The position numbers and the translations under genes are program-made. The notes under the pieces were generated by a model. It saw only the letters and a list, made by a program, of their open reading frames with translations, was not told the origin of the DNA and made no database searches. This document shows positions 21,604 to 29,932 of a stretch of DNA of 64,000 nt, in pieces (the stretch's first letter is position 1; every line of letters begins with the position of its first letter). The stretch is from a virus. The stretch covers positions 1-64,000 of IMG/VR virus record IMGVR_UViG_3300032322_001295. One strand, given 5' to 3'.

Positions 21604-22770
21604 ATGGCATTACGACAAAGAACTTATTTCTTCGACGCAGGAAACGCAGATAGGTTTAACTCTCAGGATATTCCAACAGAGCAAACAATGTCTGACTGGT
21701 GCGATTCAGTACCATTTATTAAAGAAATAACAGACCGCGCACAGCTTACTAGAGCTGGCATTGCAAAGACTACAACCGATGCAAAAATAAATACTGGCGA
21801 TAATACTGATGCTGCCGGTGTATCTCCATTAGGATTTACAACATTTGTAAGACCGACACAGATACCAAAGATACTTGATAGCCCATCAATAACTTGGACT
21901 AAAGTAGCAAGAGGCGGTGCAACTAACACAGATACAGGTGTAGGTATTGAAGACTGGCAAGCAAGTTTTGAATACTCTACATTGCCAGATGTTGATACTT
22001 CTGAAGTATTGCTTGATGCAAACAAATCTGTTAGAATATTGACAGGTGGCTTTCCTTGTTCTATGACAGATGCTGAGGTTACAACTCTTGCAGGTGATCC
22101 TTTGAATGACTACTTAAGTGATTTAAAGTCGGCTATAAATCAAGCAAATCAAACTATTATTTCATTGTCAAATACTGTATGTAGTTTAAGTGCAATTGCA
22201 GATACACAAGTAGCATTAGGTGATGTTATTATGACTGTTACTCCACCTAGTTATTGGGGAACTAGCTGGGCAGAACCATTAGGGCAATCTCTTTTAATAG
22301 CAGACCATCCTGATTTGTATGCTTTGTTTTTAAATACATATGGAGTTGCTGCGCCAGGTTATTTTAAGATTCCTGATTTAGTACAGCAGCAAAACTATTT
22401 TAGGGCTCAGCAAACATCTGGCGGGTTACTTGTATCACTTACTGGAGGCCAAGCAACAAGAACATTGGTTGAAAGTGATTTACCATTACACGATCATACA
22501 GTAACTGGAAATACAACAGATAGTGGAGTACATAGTCACACATTACCTGTTTATAGAGCAGATAGTGGATACATTGTTCCTGATGGTAATGGCGGTAATG
22601 ATCCTAATCCGCCAGTAAACTATGCAATGCCATCAGGTGGGGCGCATACGCATACAGTAGCCGGCACAACAGATAATTTTGGTTCTGTAGATCCTAATCC
22701 AGTATGGAACATTGCTACATCAGTAACACCTAGATACACTAATTTCTTTCTTAAAATGCGCGTAAAATAA
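21604..22770 (+). CDS. Tail fibre with tail-collar domain and HxH needle motifs
   Basis: LGDVIM...GQSLLIADHPDLYALF...FKIPDL matches the phage tail-collar pattern; HDH, HSH and HTH metal-binding motifs as in T4 gp12/gp37 tips. Confidence 0.8.
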   Translation: MALRQRTYFFDAGNADRFNSQDIPTEQTMSDWCDSVPFIKEITDRAQLTRAGIAKTTTDAKINTGDNTDAAGVSPLGFTTFVRPTQIPKILDSPSITWTKVARGGATNTDTGVGIEDWQASFEYSTLPDVDTSEVLLDANKSVRILTGGFPCSMTDAEVTTLAGDPLNDYLSDLKSAINQANQTIISLSNTVCSLSAIADTQVALGDVIMTVTPPSYWGTSWAEPLGQSLLIADHPDLYALFLNTYGVAAPGYFKIPDLVQQQNYFRAQQTSGGLLVSLTGGQATRTLVESDLPLHDHTVTGNTTDSGVHSHTLPVYRADSGYIVPDGNGGNDPNPPVNYAMPSGGAHTHTVAGTTDNFGSVDPNPVWNIATSVTPRYTNFFLKMRVK

Positions 22771-23717
22771 TGAAAACAATAAAAATAGGAAGCGAAGGAC
22801 AAGATGTAATGACGCTTCAAAAGATACTTGAAGTTGCCGTAGATGGATTCTTTGGCGCTGATACACACGATGCAGTAATAGCATTTCAAAAACAATACGG
22901 CCTTATTGCCGATGGTATTGTAGGGCCTATTACTTGGGCGGCATTACAAGGTACAGGTGATACTAGTATTGGTAAAGAAACTGAGTTTGTTGAGTACATG
23001 CTAACAAAAGGTAAGCAGGAAAAAGACAAATGGATTCCAAACTATTACCCTGGGCCTTTCCAAAAGAAATGGTTGATGTTTCATCATACTGCCGGATGGG
23101 ATAATCCAAAAGCTACAGTAGATTTCTGGAGCAATGATTCAAACTCTATTGCTACTGAGTTTGTAGTTGGTGGTGTTCATATTAGTGGAAGAGATAACGG
23201 ACATGATGGGATAACTGTCCGTTGTATGCCAAAAGGATCATATGCCTGGCATGCATCAGTAGGTAATACTCCGCTACACAGAGAGTCTATTGGGGTAGAG
23301 ATATGTAGTATGGGAGGACTGACAAAAGGTGGGTACTATACAATAGTAAATGGTAAAAATATTTGGGTAGTTGGATTGGCAAACTCTTACTACACAGCAT
23401 ATGGCAACATTGTGCCTGAGTCACAAGTTTTTGATTTGGGATGGACATACAGGTTTCATAGGTATTTCCATAAATATTCAGACAAACAAATAGAGCAATG
23501 CAGAATAATAGCAGAGCATTGTCGCGATGAATATGGTATGAACTTAAAGAAAGGACTTGCCGAGCATATTAGAAAGTATGGAGTAGAGAAGGCATTCGGG
23601 TACATACTCGATTACGCAAACAGAGTGCCTGGCATATACACCCATGGCAATGTGTTTCAAGGTAAAAACGATATATACCCGGACCCTCGTATGATTGATA
23701 TGATTCTATCTTTGTAA
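22770..23717 (+). CDS. Endolysin: peptidoglycan-binding domain + N-acetylmuramoyl-L-alanine amidase (Amidase_2 type)
   Basis: N-terminal DGFFGADT...FQKQYGLIADGIVGPITW (PG_binding_1); catalytic HHTAG, AWHA, SIGVEIC, THGNV..KND. Confidence 0.9.
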   Translation: MKTIKIGSEGQDVMTLQKILEVAVDGFFGADTHDAVIAFQKQYGLIADGIVGPITWAALQGTGDTSIGKETEFVEYMLTKGKQEKDKWIPNYYPGPFQKKWLMFHHTAGWDNPKATVDFWSNDSNSIATEFVVGGVHISGRDNGHDGITVRCMPKGSYAWHASVGNTPLHRESIGVEICSMGGLTKGGYYTIVNGKNIWVVGLANSYYTAYGNIVPESQVFDLGWTYRFHRYFHKYSDKQIEQCRIIAEHCRDEYGMNLKKGLAEHIRKYGVEKAFGYILDYANRVPGIYTHGNVFQGKNDIYPDPRMIDMILSL

Positions 23718-23723
23718 CAATTT

Positions 23724-24587
23724 TTAAAATATGTAGCGTATTTTGTTCCAAGGGATAATACTATCATGTAAAGATACAAACCGATTGACAAGTTTTGCTT
23801 TCAAATCGTGACGATACCTGATATTCTCAGAGCCAAAAGAACTGGTTTTATTTTCTTGCCATTCTGGATTCCATAATAGTTTTTCTACGTCAGCCGGCGC
23901 GTTCTCTAAGTTGTGTATATGCATCTTCTCGTTATGAGTTAGCATGATACATTCTGCGAGAACGTGCTTTTTTATTTCATTATCTACAATATCATTGATT
24001 TGTTCAAACAGCTCTGTGTATAAAGCTTTTGATTCTGCCAATGCCAGTATAGGACTAAAGTTAATATGTACGTCATAGCCTGCAGCATAAAAATCATTGA
24101 TAGCCTTTATTCGGTCTACAATCTTTGATGTGTCTGGCTCAAGTATGTCGGATAGTGACTGAGGCATTAGAGAAAATCTAATCCTTATCTTTCTATTTGG
24201 ATTATATTCTAGCAGCTTTTGATTGACATACTTTGTAGCAAATGTAGCCATAGAAATAGGATGCTCTACAAAGAAATCAAATATCTTCTGCCATTCATGA
24301 TATTTCAAGTGCAAAGCAAAGTCTTCATTGCAAGAAATATCGTAGGTAGTGTACACTGGATGCGTCTGGTTAGGCTTTTTAACTGGTGTAAATAAAGCAT
24401 GCTTGTTAATGACATCTAGTATTTCATCTACGTTGGTAGCCACAGACAATCCTTCTGGCTTATTACGGCGCATGTAACAATAATGGCACTTATATAAACA
24501 CCCATGAATAAAAGAAGGAGTAATGAAATCACTACTCCTTCCTGATGGTTTTATATCTAATGCTTTTCTAACTACTTTTGTAATCAT
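23724..24587 (-). CDS. splB: Spore photoproduct lyase-like radical SAM protein
   Basis: GCLYKCHYCYM (CxxxCxxC); YDISCNEDF aligns with the SplB FEASCTSDI Cys motif; RIRFSL, RIKAINDFYAAGY and SPI also resemble SplB segments. Confidence 0.8.
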   Translation of the reverse strand: MITKVVRKALDIKPSGRSSDFITPSFIHGCLYKCHYCYMRRNKPEGLSVATNVDEILDVINKHALFTPVKKPNQTHPVYTTYDISCNEDFALHLKYHEWQKIFDFFVEHPISMATFATKYVNQKLLEYNPNRKIRIRFSLMPQSLSDILEPDTSKIVDRIKAINDFYAAGYDVHINFSPILALAESKALYTELFEQINDIVDNEIKKHVLAECIMLTHNEKMHIHNLENAPADVEKLLWNPEWQENKTSSFGSENIRYRHDLKAKLVNRFVSLHDSIIPWNKIRYIF

Positions 24588-25000
24588 AGCTTTAGATTTT
24601 CTTTTACAATTTTGAATACTTCTTCTGTTTCTTCGTCAGCCCAAAATATAATTTCTTCTTCTTTATTGATATCCCAGTTGTGTAGTTCAAATGACCTGTG
24701 CATTAGTTCATGAAAAATAAGTCTTACTGTTTCTACTGTATTATTACATCTACTAAGATTAATAAAAACAAAGAAATCATCACCATGCTCGTACTCAAAA
24801 TTATCTTTTTCTGCTTCTGTTAAATGTACAGGAACATAGTTTGAAAAGCCTGCAATGTATGCCTGCTGTTTGTTGTTCTTGTGCATTACACACTCATCAT
24901 ATTTTAAACCGTGCATTTCTCTTTCACCATAGTAAGTAAAGATTTCACAAGGATCAAAGCTAAGAAGTAATGTATAGGTTTTGCGATTTATTTCTATCAT
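24584..25000 (-). CDS. Small protein with HExxH zinc-metallopeptidase motif
   Basis: IFHELMHR followed by EEE; 4-bp overlap with the splB-like gene. Confidence 0.55.
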   Translation of the reverse strand: MIEINRKTYTLLLSFDPCEIFTYYGEREMHGLKYDECVMHKNNKQQAYIAGFSNYVPVHLTEAEKDNFEYEHGDDFFVFINLSRCNNTVETVRLIFHELMHRSFELHNWDINKEEEIIFWADEETEEVFKIVKENLKL

Positions 25001-25001
25001 A

Positions 25002-25280
25002 CTAGTTGTGTTTAAAAGCTTTACACCAGTTTTTGTAGTTCATGTGTGTTTCGGGATGATCGATTGTATTGTAAAGCCAGTCGAGTATTCTTCCTGCTGG
25101 CTGCTTAGTATCTACATCATAACGTATGTCATCAAATCCAAAGTACATAACATCGCCAAAGCATGCTATTGTACCGATTTCATTTGCTACCCACGATTCT
25201 AGAATCATGTCTTGCTTTTCGCAGAACGCATCCATATATGCTTCTACAATGGCTTTGTATTTAGTCTTTAAGTTGCTCAT
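25002..25280 (-). CDS. Hypothetical phage protein
   Basis: 92 aa in a tightly packed leftward operon. Confidence 0.65.
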   Translation of the reverse strand: MSNLKTKYKAIVEAYMDAFCEKQDMILESWVANEIGTIACFGDVMYFGFDDIRYDVDTKQPAGRILDWLYNTIDHPETHMNYKNWCKAFKHN

Positions 25281-25446
25281 TGAGTTGTTTTATTACGTCT
25301 TTAAATCCAAATGGAAAACAAGTATGTTCCCAAAGATAGAAATCACATTGTTCGTCAGACCAGTCGGGCCTAAAATGTTTCACCCAATCTTTATATGAAG
25401 TTTTGTTTGCAATATCCATTGCCATTTCAATTGTTAGTTCTGTCAT
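25261..25446 (-). CDS. Hypothetical phage protein
   Basis: 61 aa, A-rich leader, overlaps the next gene; motif LWEHTCFPF. Confidence 0.6.
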   Translation of the reverse strand: MTELTIEMAMDIANKTSYKDWVKHFRPDWSDEQCDFYLWEHTCFPFGFKDVIKQLNEQLKD

Positions 25447-25471
25447 TGTGTTGTGTTTTATAGTTAAAAAG

Positions 25472-25565
25472 TAGTCCTGACAGGATTCGAACCTGTAACG
25501 TACATCTCATATCTTTGATGCAAGCACTTGATAATAGTTGCGTCTACCAATTCCGCCACAGGACT
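25472..25565 (-). tRNA. tRNA-like RNA (Leu-type D arm, canonical T arm, non-canonical anticodon arm); possible pseudo-tRNA
   Basis: Minus strand AGTCCTG-TG-GCGGAATTGGTAGACGC-A-[42 nt]-ACAGG-TTCGAAT-CCTGT-CAGGACT-A: perfect 7-bp acceptor and 5-bp T stem. No 5-bp anticodon stem and no encoded CCA. Confidence 0.7.
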
Positions 25566-25572
25566 ATTAAAA

Positions 25573-25666
25573 AAGAACACACTTCTGGAGCTTCACCAGC
25601 CTTCTAGTATACATTGTACCTCTCAGTTAAGAGTCAGCACTGAGCTTTCTTACTTTGTGTGTTCTT
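25573..25666 (-). ncRNA. Putative structured RNA (10-bp closing stem with internal hairpins)
   Basis: AAGAACACAC/GTGTGTTCTT perfect inverted repeat enclosing CTCAGT/ACTGAG and CTGG-TGAAGCT-CCAG hairpins; intergenic. Confidence 0.45.
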
Positions 25667-25673
25667 AAAAATT

Positions 25674-25798
25674 GCTGTCTTTCCAGCTGTCAGGTTAGTT
25701 TTTTGTTCAGCGGCCTGCCTGTCTGGAACTCTACCAAAACCAAGTATCAATAAGTAAAAATGCGTTTTTAAATTATCCCCTGAACGCTAACAGTGGCA
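25674..25798 (-). ncRNA. Putative structured RNA with long interrupted stem and 3' GCTG-GAAAGA-CAGC hairpin
   Basis: Nested pairings TGCCA/TGACA, GTTAG/CTAAC and GTTCAG/CTGAAC, then a terminal hairpin; intergenic. Confidence 0.45.
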
Positions 25799-25848
25799 AC
25801 ATACGATTTGCAATACTTAGTAGTATTATCTTCGTTCCATGCTCAGCG

Positions 25849-26052
25849 CTAAGCAGAGGGCTTGTAGGTTTCATTGTAGTAGGTTTCAGGTTCATTCTCC
25901 ACATAAGGATGAAAAAACTTATATTGAAAAGCATCTATTATCTGCTGCTTTTCAAGTTCTAATGCTTGTTCAATTAATGGTAAAATCCATCCATTATTTT
26001 CTAAAAGATTAGCTTCTTGTACTAACCATTCTACTGCTGTCTGTTTAGGCAT
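25849..26052 (-). CDS. Small phage protein, 'KQTAVEWL' type
   Basis: KQTAVEWL...EKQQIIDA...YYNETY pattern, which I recall from Bacteroidota-phage small proteins. Confidence 0.7.
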   Translation of the reverse strand: MPKQTAVEWLVQEANLLENNGWILPLIEQALELEKQQIIDAFQYKFFHPYVENEPETYYNETYKPSA

Positions 26053-26054
26053 AA

Positions 26055-26339
26055 CTAATAGTTTGATTGTTCATCTAATAATGCTTCCTGTAGCCATTCA
26101 TCCATAGCCTCCCAGTCCATTCCAAATATTTCTTCTGTTTCTTGATCTGTCTTGTACTCTCCATCTACATAGAAGTCAAGAATCTCAAAGTATGCTTCTT
26201 CATCCGGTTCTTCTGGTACGCCTAAGCTATCGCGATAACCTTTACAAAATGGATGATATTGATAATCAAAACTAATTTTTCTTTCTACTCCGTTTACATC
26301 TTCTTTGTAGAATATTGCTTCCGATTTATAACTTTTCAT
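26055..26339 (-). CDS. Hypothetical acidic protein
   Basis: 94 aa, operon-packed. Confidence 0.65.
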   Translation of the reverse strand: MKSYKSEAIFYKEDVNGVERKISFDYQYHPFCKGYRDSLGVPEEPDEEAYFEILDFYVDGEYKTDQETEEIFGMDWEAMDEWLQEALLDEQSNY

Positions 26340-26736
26340 TTTTCTGCATGTTTTGTCTGTTATAAGCTACATATGATAGCTTTACACATTCTTCTGTGAA
26401 CCAATCTATTTGTTCTTGTGGCATCTTGGATATCAAACCAAATACCGTTGTTGCAGCGGCTACGTTATTAAACGATATGTCCTGCAAAATATCGATGTCT
26501 TGTTGTTTTGTTGCTTTTGCAAAGATGTTATCTAATAAATAAGTAGCACTTGTCTGCATGTTTTTGAACATCATTTTATGCTCATGTTTTAATGTATCTA
26601 CACCAATCTGTGCAATACAATATTTAACAGTGTTTAATGATGTAAGTAGCATATAGTAATGCTCTTTTCTTATTTGATATTCTTCTTTTGTTAGCTCAAC
26701 TTTTATTTTAACTCTTTTTGCAACTAACTTACTCAT
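26326..26736 (-). CDS. Hypothetical protein
   Basis: 136 aa, overlaps both neighbours. Confidence 0.65.
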   Translation of the reverse strand: MSKLVAKRVKIKVELTKEEYQIRKEHYYMLLTSLNTVKYCIAQIGVDTLKHEHKMMFKNMQTSATYLLDNIFAKATKQQDIDILQDISFNNVAAATTVFGLISKMPQEQIDWFTEECVKLSYVAYNRQNMQKNEKL

Positions 26737-26998
26737 ACTTTAGATGTTTCTTTGCAATCCTACTCATCCAAGCTGTTAATCTATATTGCCCAACAAACTC
26801 TTCGCTATCTGTTATTTCAAATCTCACCACAAAATCTCCAGTAGATTCGTCAAGATAAATATCTTCAATAGTCACTCCAATGTTAGCGGATGACTCTTCC
26901 ATATCACGCCGAAACGCCGATATATTGTTGATTAGAGACCTCTCGTCAAAATAAGCAGGTTTTAAAAGGCTTATTTCTACAGCTTTAATTTTTAGCAT
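26729..26998 (-). CDS. Hypothetical protein
   Basis: 89 aa, TAATG coupling with the upstream gene. Confidence 0.6.
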   Translation of the reverse strand: MLKIKAVEISLLKPAYFDERSLINNISAFRRDMEESSANIGVTIEDIYLDESTGDFVVRFEITDSEEFVGQYRLTAWMSRIAKKHLKYE

Positions 26999-27210
26999 TA
27001 CTTTTCTTTTATTACTCTAACAATAGTTTTCTCTGCATAAATATTATTATCCCAATCGCATTCATTATCCGGCAATGATGTTGTTAGTCCCGCAGAAGAC
27101 ATAGCGACATGTTTTTCTGCCCATTCTTTTGCTTCGTATAATGATTTAGGACCTACAAATGTGTATTCTACATTGAAAGTGTACCTAACTTTTACTTTGT
27201 ATCTGTCCAT
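26998..27210 (-). CDS. Hypothetical protein
   Basis: 70 aa, operon-packed. Confidence 0.6.
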   Translation of the reverse strand: MDRYKVKVRYTFNVEYTFVGPKSLYEAKEWAEKHVAMSSAGLTTSLPDNECDWDNNIYAEKTIVRVIKEK

Positions 27211-27731
27211 AGCTTTTTAAGATTGCTGATTGATTTGTTAAGACGCATTGGGTTTCTCCAGATTGATTCACATAAGATAATGTAATCACTATTGTTTAAA
27301 GGGTTTACTAGGTAAACATCAGTTTGCTCTTCCAATATTTCATACTTGTATCGTTTAACTTCATACAATAATATTTCTCTTATTTCAGTGACATAATAAA
27401 CCATAGAACCTATTTCAAAGTATTGCTCGTTGTTTTCCGACAAAACCTTGTTAAGATTATCAAGTAACTTACTTATGCCTTTTTTGGTGCCACACTCGTA
27501 TAAAATATCATCTTTAGAAAACAGATGTTCTTGGCCGGAAGAAATCATTATTTTATTGGTATCAAAAGTATCTGTATAAGTGTAAGATATAAGAAAGCTT
27601 TCAAAGAGAGTAGTTGTTTCGCTTTTATTGCTTTTACTCACTTTCTTATTCTTACCATTGGCAATGACAAGCTTTTGTTTAGAGCTTGTTGAATCTTTTA
27701 CGCAATAGACACTACCCTTTTTGACGTTCAT
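27192..27731 (-). CDS. Hypothetical protein
   Basis: 179 aa, overlaps both neighbours. Confidence 0.6.
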   Translation of the reverse strand: MNVKKGSVYCVKDSTSSKQKLVIANGKNKKVSKSNKSETTTLFESFLISYTYTDTFDTNKIMISSGQEHLFSKDDILYECGTKKGISKLLDNLNKVLSENNEQYFEIGSMVYYVTEIREILLYEVKRYKYEILEEQTDVYLVNPLNNSDYIILCESIWRNPMRLNKSISNLKKLWTDTK

Positions 27732-27945
27732 TTTCTAAGAATTCTTTTGTGTATTGCTCTACTTTATCGTAAGCAAAATCAATATCCATTCTTACTTTTT
27801 CTTTATGAAGTTCTATAACTTTATCCGCATCATCGCTTATCAAACCTATTAAAGTTTGCAATCCGCGCATTTTACCTTCAAGATAAGTTATTGTTTCTTT
27901 CCAAGTTTGTAGCGTCTTGTGGTTTTCCATCTGGCTTTTGCTCAT
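27712..27945 (-). CDS. Hypothetical coiled-coil protein
   Basis: 77 aa, helical composition. Confidence 0.55.
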   Translation of the reverse strand: MSKSQMENHKTLQTWKETITYLEGKMRGLQTLIGLISDDADKVIELHKEKVRMDIDFAYDKVEQYTKEFLENERQKG

Positions 27946-28327
27946 AATATTCTTCTATAAAATGTAAAAAGTTTTTAACAAACCATTCTTTGTGTTCTTC
28001 GGGAAACTCAACGAAATCAGCAGATCCATAAACTGTGTTGTTTGCTCGTAACATATACCAACAAGCCATATAATCACGGCCGTCTTTTGGTTTGTATGTC
28101 ATGACTTCAAAGTAACCTTTGTCAAATGTAAAAGACTGTGACCACATCTCTACTTCATTGATTACACAATTTGGAGTATCATGGCGCATAATATTAAATG
28201 AGCTTATCTCCCAGGCTTCATCTGTTACAGCTTCGTAACCAACAAGCTTAACATAGTACATAAAGTCGATAAAGTCATCGACAGTTTTCTCCGATTCAAT
28301 GTATTTTTTTAAGTTAATATATTGCAT
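27878..28327 (-). CDS. Hypothetical protein
   Basis: Start re-called at MQYINL (28327), just after the upstream stop at 28339. Confidence 0.6.
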   Translation of the reverse strand: MQYINLKKYIESEKTVDDFIDFMYYVKLVGYEAVTDEAWEISSFNIMRHDTPNCVINEVEMWSQSFTFDKGYFEVMTYKPKDGRDYMACWYMLRANNTVYGSADFVEFPEEHKEWFVKNFLHFIEEYYEQKPDGKPQDATNLERNNNLS

Positions 28328-28338
28328 TAAACATTGTA

Positions 28339-28614
28339 TTAAACATCTGAAAACAAGTCTTTTTCTTTTGGCTTGAATACAGGCCAAGGATACTCCTTAC
28401 CATTTTTTACCCAACAGATAACATCTTTGAGATCATACACTTCATAGCCTTTATCAAAAAACATGTCAAGCAGACATTCGTTGTCATTTATTTCGTAAGC
28501 TCTTAGTAATCTGCCACATTTGGGTTTACCTGTGCCATGACATTTGACTTTCAGATAAACCCCTGTGGCTTTAGCTATTTTATAACATTTATCTCTATAT
28601 TGACGTAAGTTCAT
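28339..28614 (-). CDS. Hypothetical protein, possibly leaderless
   Basis: Start re-called at MNLRQY (28614); a TATTTTTG box lies 4 nt upstream of the ATG. Confidence 0.55.
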   Translation of the reverse strand: MNLRQYRDKCYKIAKATGVYLKVKCHGTGKPKCGRLLRAYEINDNECLLDMFFDKGYEVYDLKDVICWVKNGKEYPWPVFKPKEKDLFSDV

Positions 28615-28618
28615 CCTA

Positions 28619-28671
28619 CAAAAATACAATACAAAAAGATCAATACATAGAACACTAATACGGCAAATATA
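28619..28671 (-). promoter_or_regulatory. Two Bacteroidota sigma-A-type -7 boxes (TAnnTTTG)
   Basis: Minus-strand TATATTTG (28671-28664) and TATTTTTG (28626-28619) in an intergenic gap; no clear TTTG -33 element. Confidence 0.45.
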
Positions 28672-28709
28672 ATTAATCTTTTATACATTTTTTGTACATT
28701 TTAAGATGT

Positions 28710-29330
28710 TTATATGATACTATTGTCAACAAAAGAATAATACCCATCAATAGTAATAATCAAATGTTCTAGTAGTTTTAAATCAAGTAATAAAGCTGCG
28801 TCTTTTATCTTTCTTGTAAGCGTAATATCGTCTTGTGATGGATTCATACTACCACTAGGATGATTGTGCGCAATGATAAAACTAGACACACGATTGTGTT
28901 CTAGTATTTTCTTGAACAATATCTTTGTGTCAACAACTGTTGCAGATACACCACCTTTAGAAATTTGTATTGGCTTGCAAATAGCGACATTATTTCTAGT
29001 CAATGGTAAGAAATAAAACTCTTCATGATTTAATAGGCCCATAAACTTAAAATACTGATAGCAATCTTGACTTCTAGTTATCTGAGCGTTATTTATGTCG
29101 GCCGGTACAATATTCTTTGCTATGTGAAGCTTTCTGGCGCCAGTTTTACTCATGCCAATCTTTATATAATCTTCTTCAGATGCAATCAAAGCGACATACT
29201 CATTGGAAAAATGGCCATATAGTTTTTCAGTATCCTTGACGCCGATAAGCTCTTGGATAAGTTCTTTATTTGGCTTTTTGTAGTCTGCTTCGCTTTCTCT
29301 GAATATCATAACTCCTGTGAAATCTTCCAA
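28710..29330 (-). CDS. radC: RadC-family JAB/MPN domain protein
   Basis: EEFY, ISKGGVSATVVD, IIAHNHPSG, PSQDD, LLEHLII, YYSF. Confidence 0.9.
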   Translation of the reverse strand: MEDFTGVMIFRESEADYKKPNKELIQELIGVKDTEKLYGHFSNEYVALIASEEDYIKIGMSKTGARKLHIAKNIVPADINNAQITRSQDCYQYFKFMGLLNHEEFYFLPLTRNNVAICKPIQISKGGVSATVVDTKILFKKILEHNRVSSFIIAHNHPSGSMNPSQDDITLTRKIKDAALLLDLKLLEHLIITIDGYYSFVDNSII

Positions 29331-29932
29331 AATGATAATGCTTTTTCCTCTGTTGACTCTTTTAATCTTTCAACAGCGTTAATGTAAAGATAATGAGGAG
29401 AATTGACAAATTCACCAGTTTTCATGTTCAAATAACAGATATGCTCATCAAGTGTATCAAAAGTAGCCTCATCATGAACCAACTCTACGTATGGTTTGGT
29501 CCTGATATGATTGTCGCTGATAATCTCACCGGAAAAGCATTTGTTAAGTACATACCGATTAAAATTTCTGCTATCTTTTTTGCTGTACGCAAACACGTTT
29601 ACTCCATCAGTAACACTGGCAAACTTAGATGCCATGTCCTGCACGTTAGTAATTGGTGCGCTCATTACAATACTGCCACCTCTAACAACTGCTATGTAAA
29701 CAGGAGTTGCTATTGATGTGTGATGTACATAATGAAGATACCAATCCCTGGGATCTGTATGCTGCGTAATGTAGTTCTCGAAATCCCTGATATTCTTTTC
29801 GAATAGTTGATTGAGAAACAAGTTTTGCTGAAATACTGACAAGCCGTCAAAAGAAACAGCTGGGCCGCCGTATACAACGACAGCCACAGCAATATTTCTG
29901 TTTTGAAACTTGTTAAAAGGAAATGTTTCCAT
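29306..29932 (-). CDS. Hypothetical protein
   Basis: 208 aa, coupled to the ParB-like gene. Confidence 0.65.
   Translation of the reverse strand: METFPFNKFQNRNIAVAVVVYGGPAVSFDGLSVFQQNLFLNQLFEKNIRDFENYITQHTDPRDWYLHYVHHTSIATPVYIAVVRGGSIVMSAPITNVQDMASKFASVTDGVNVFAYSKKDSRNFNRYVLNKCFSGEIISDNHIRTKPYVELVHDEATFDTLDEHICYLNMKTGEFVNSPHYLYINAVERLKESTEEKALSFWKISQEL

Noticed and set aside
25447-25471. HDV-like theta ribozyme after the tRNA-like element
   Set aside because: The 3' trailer is a short AT-rich leader with no pseudoknot potential.
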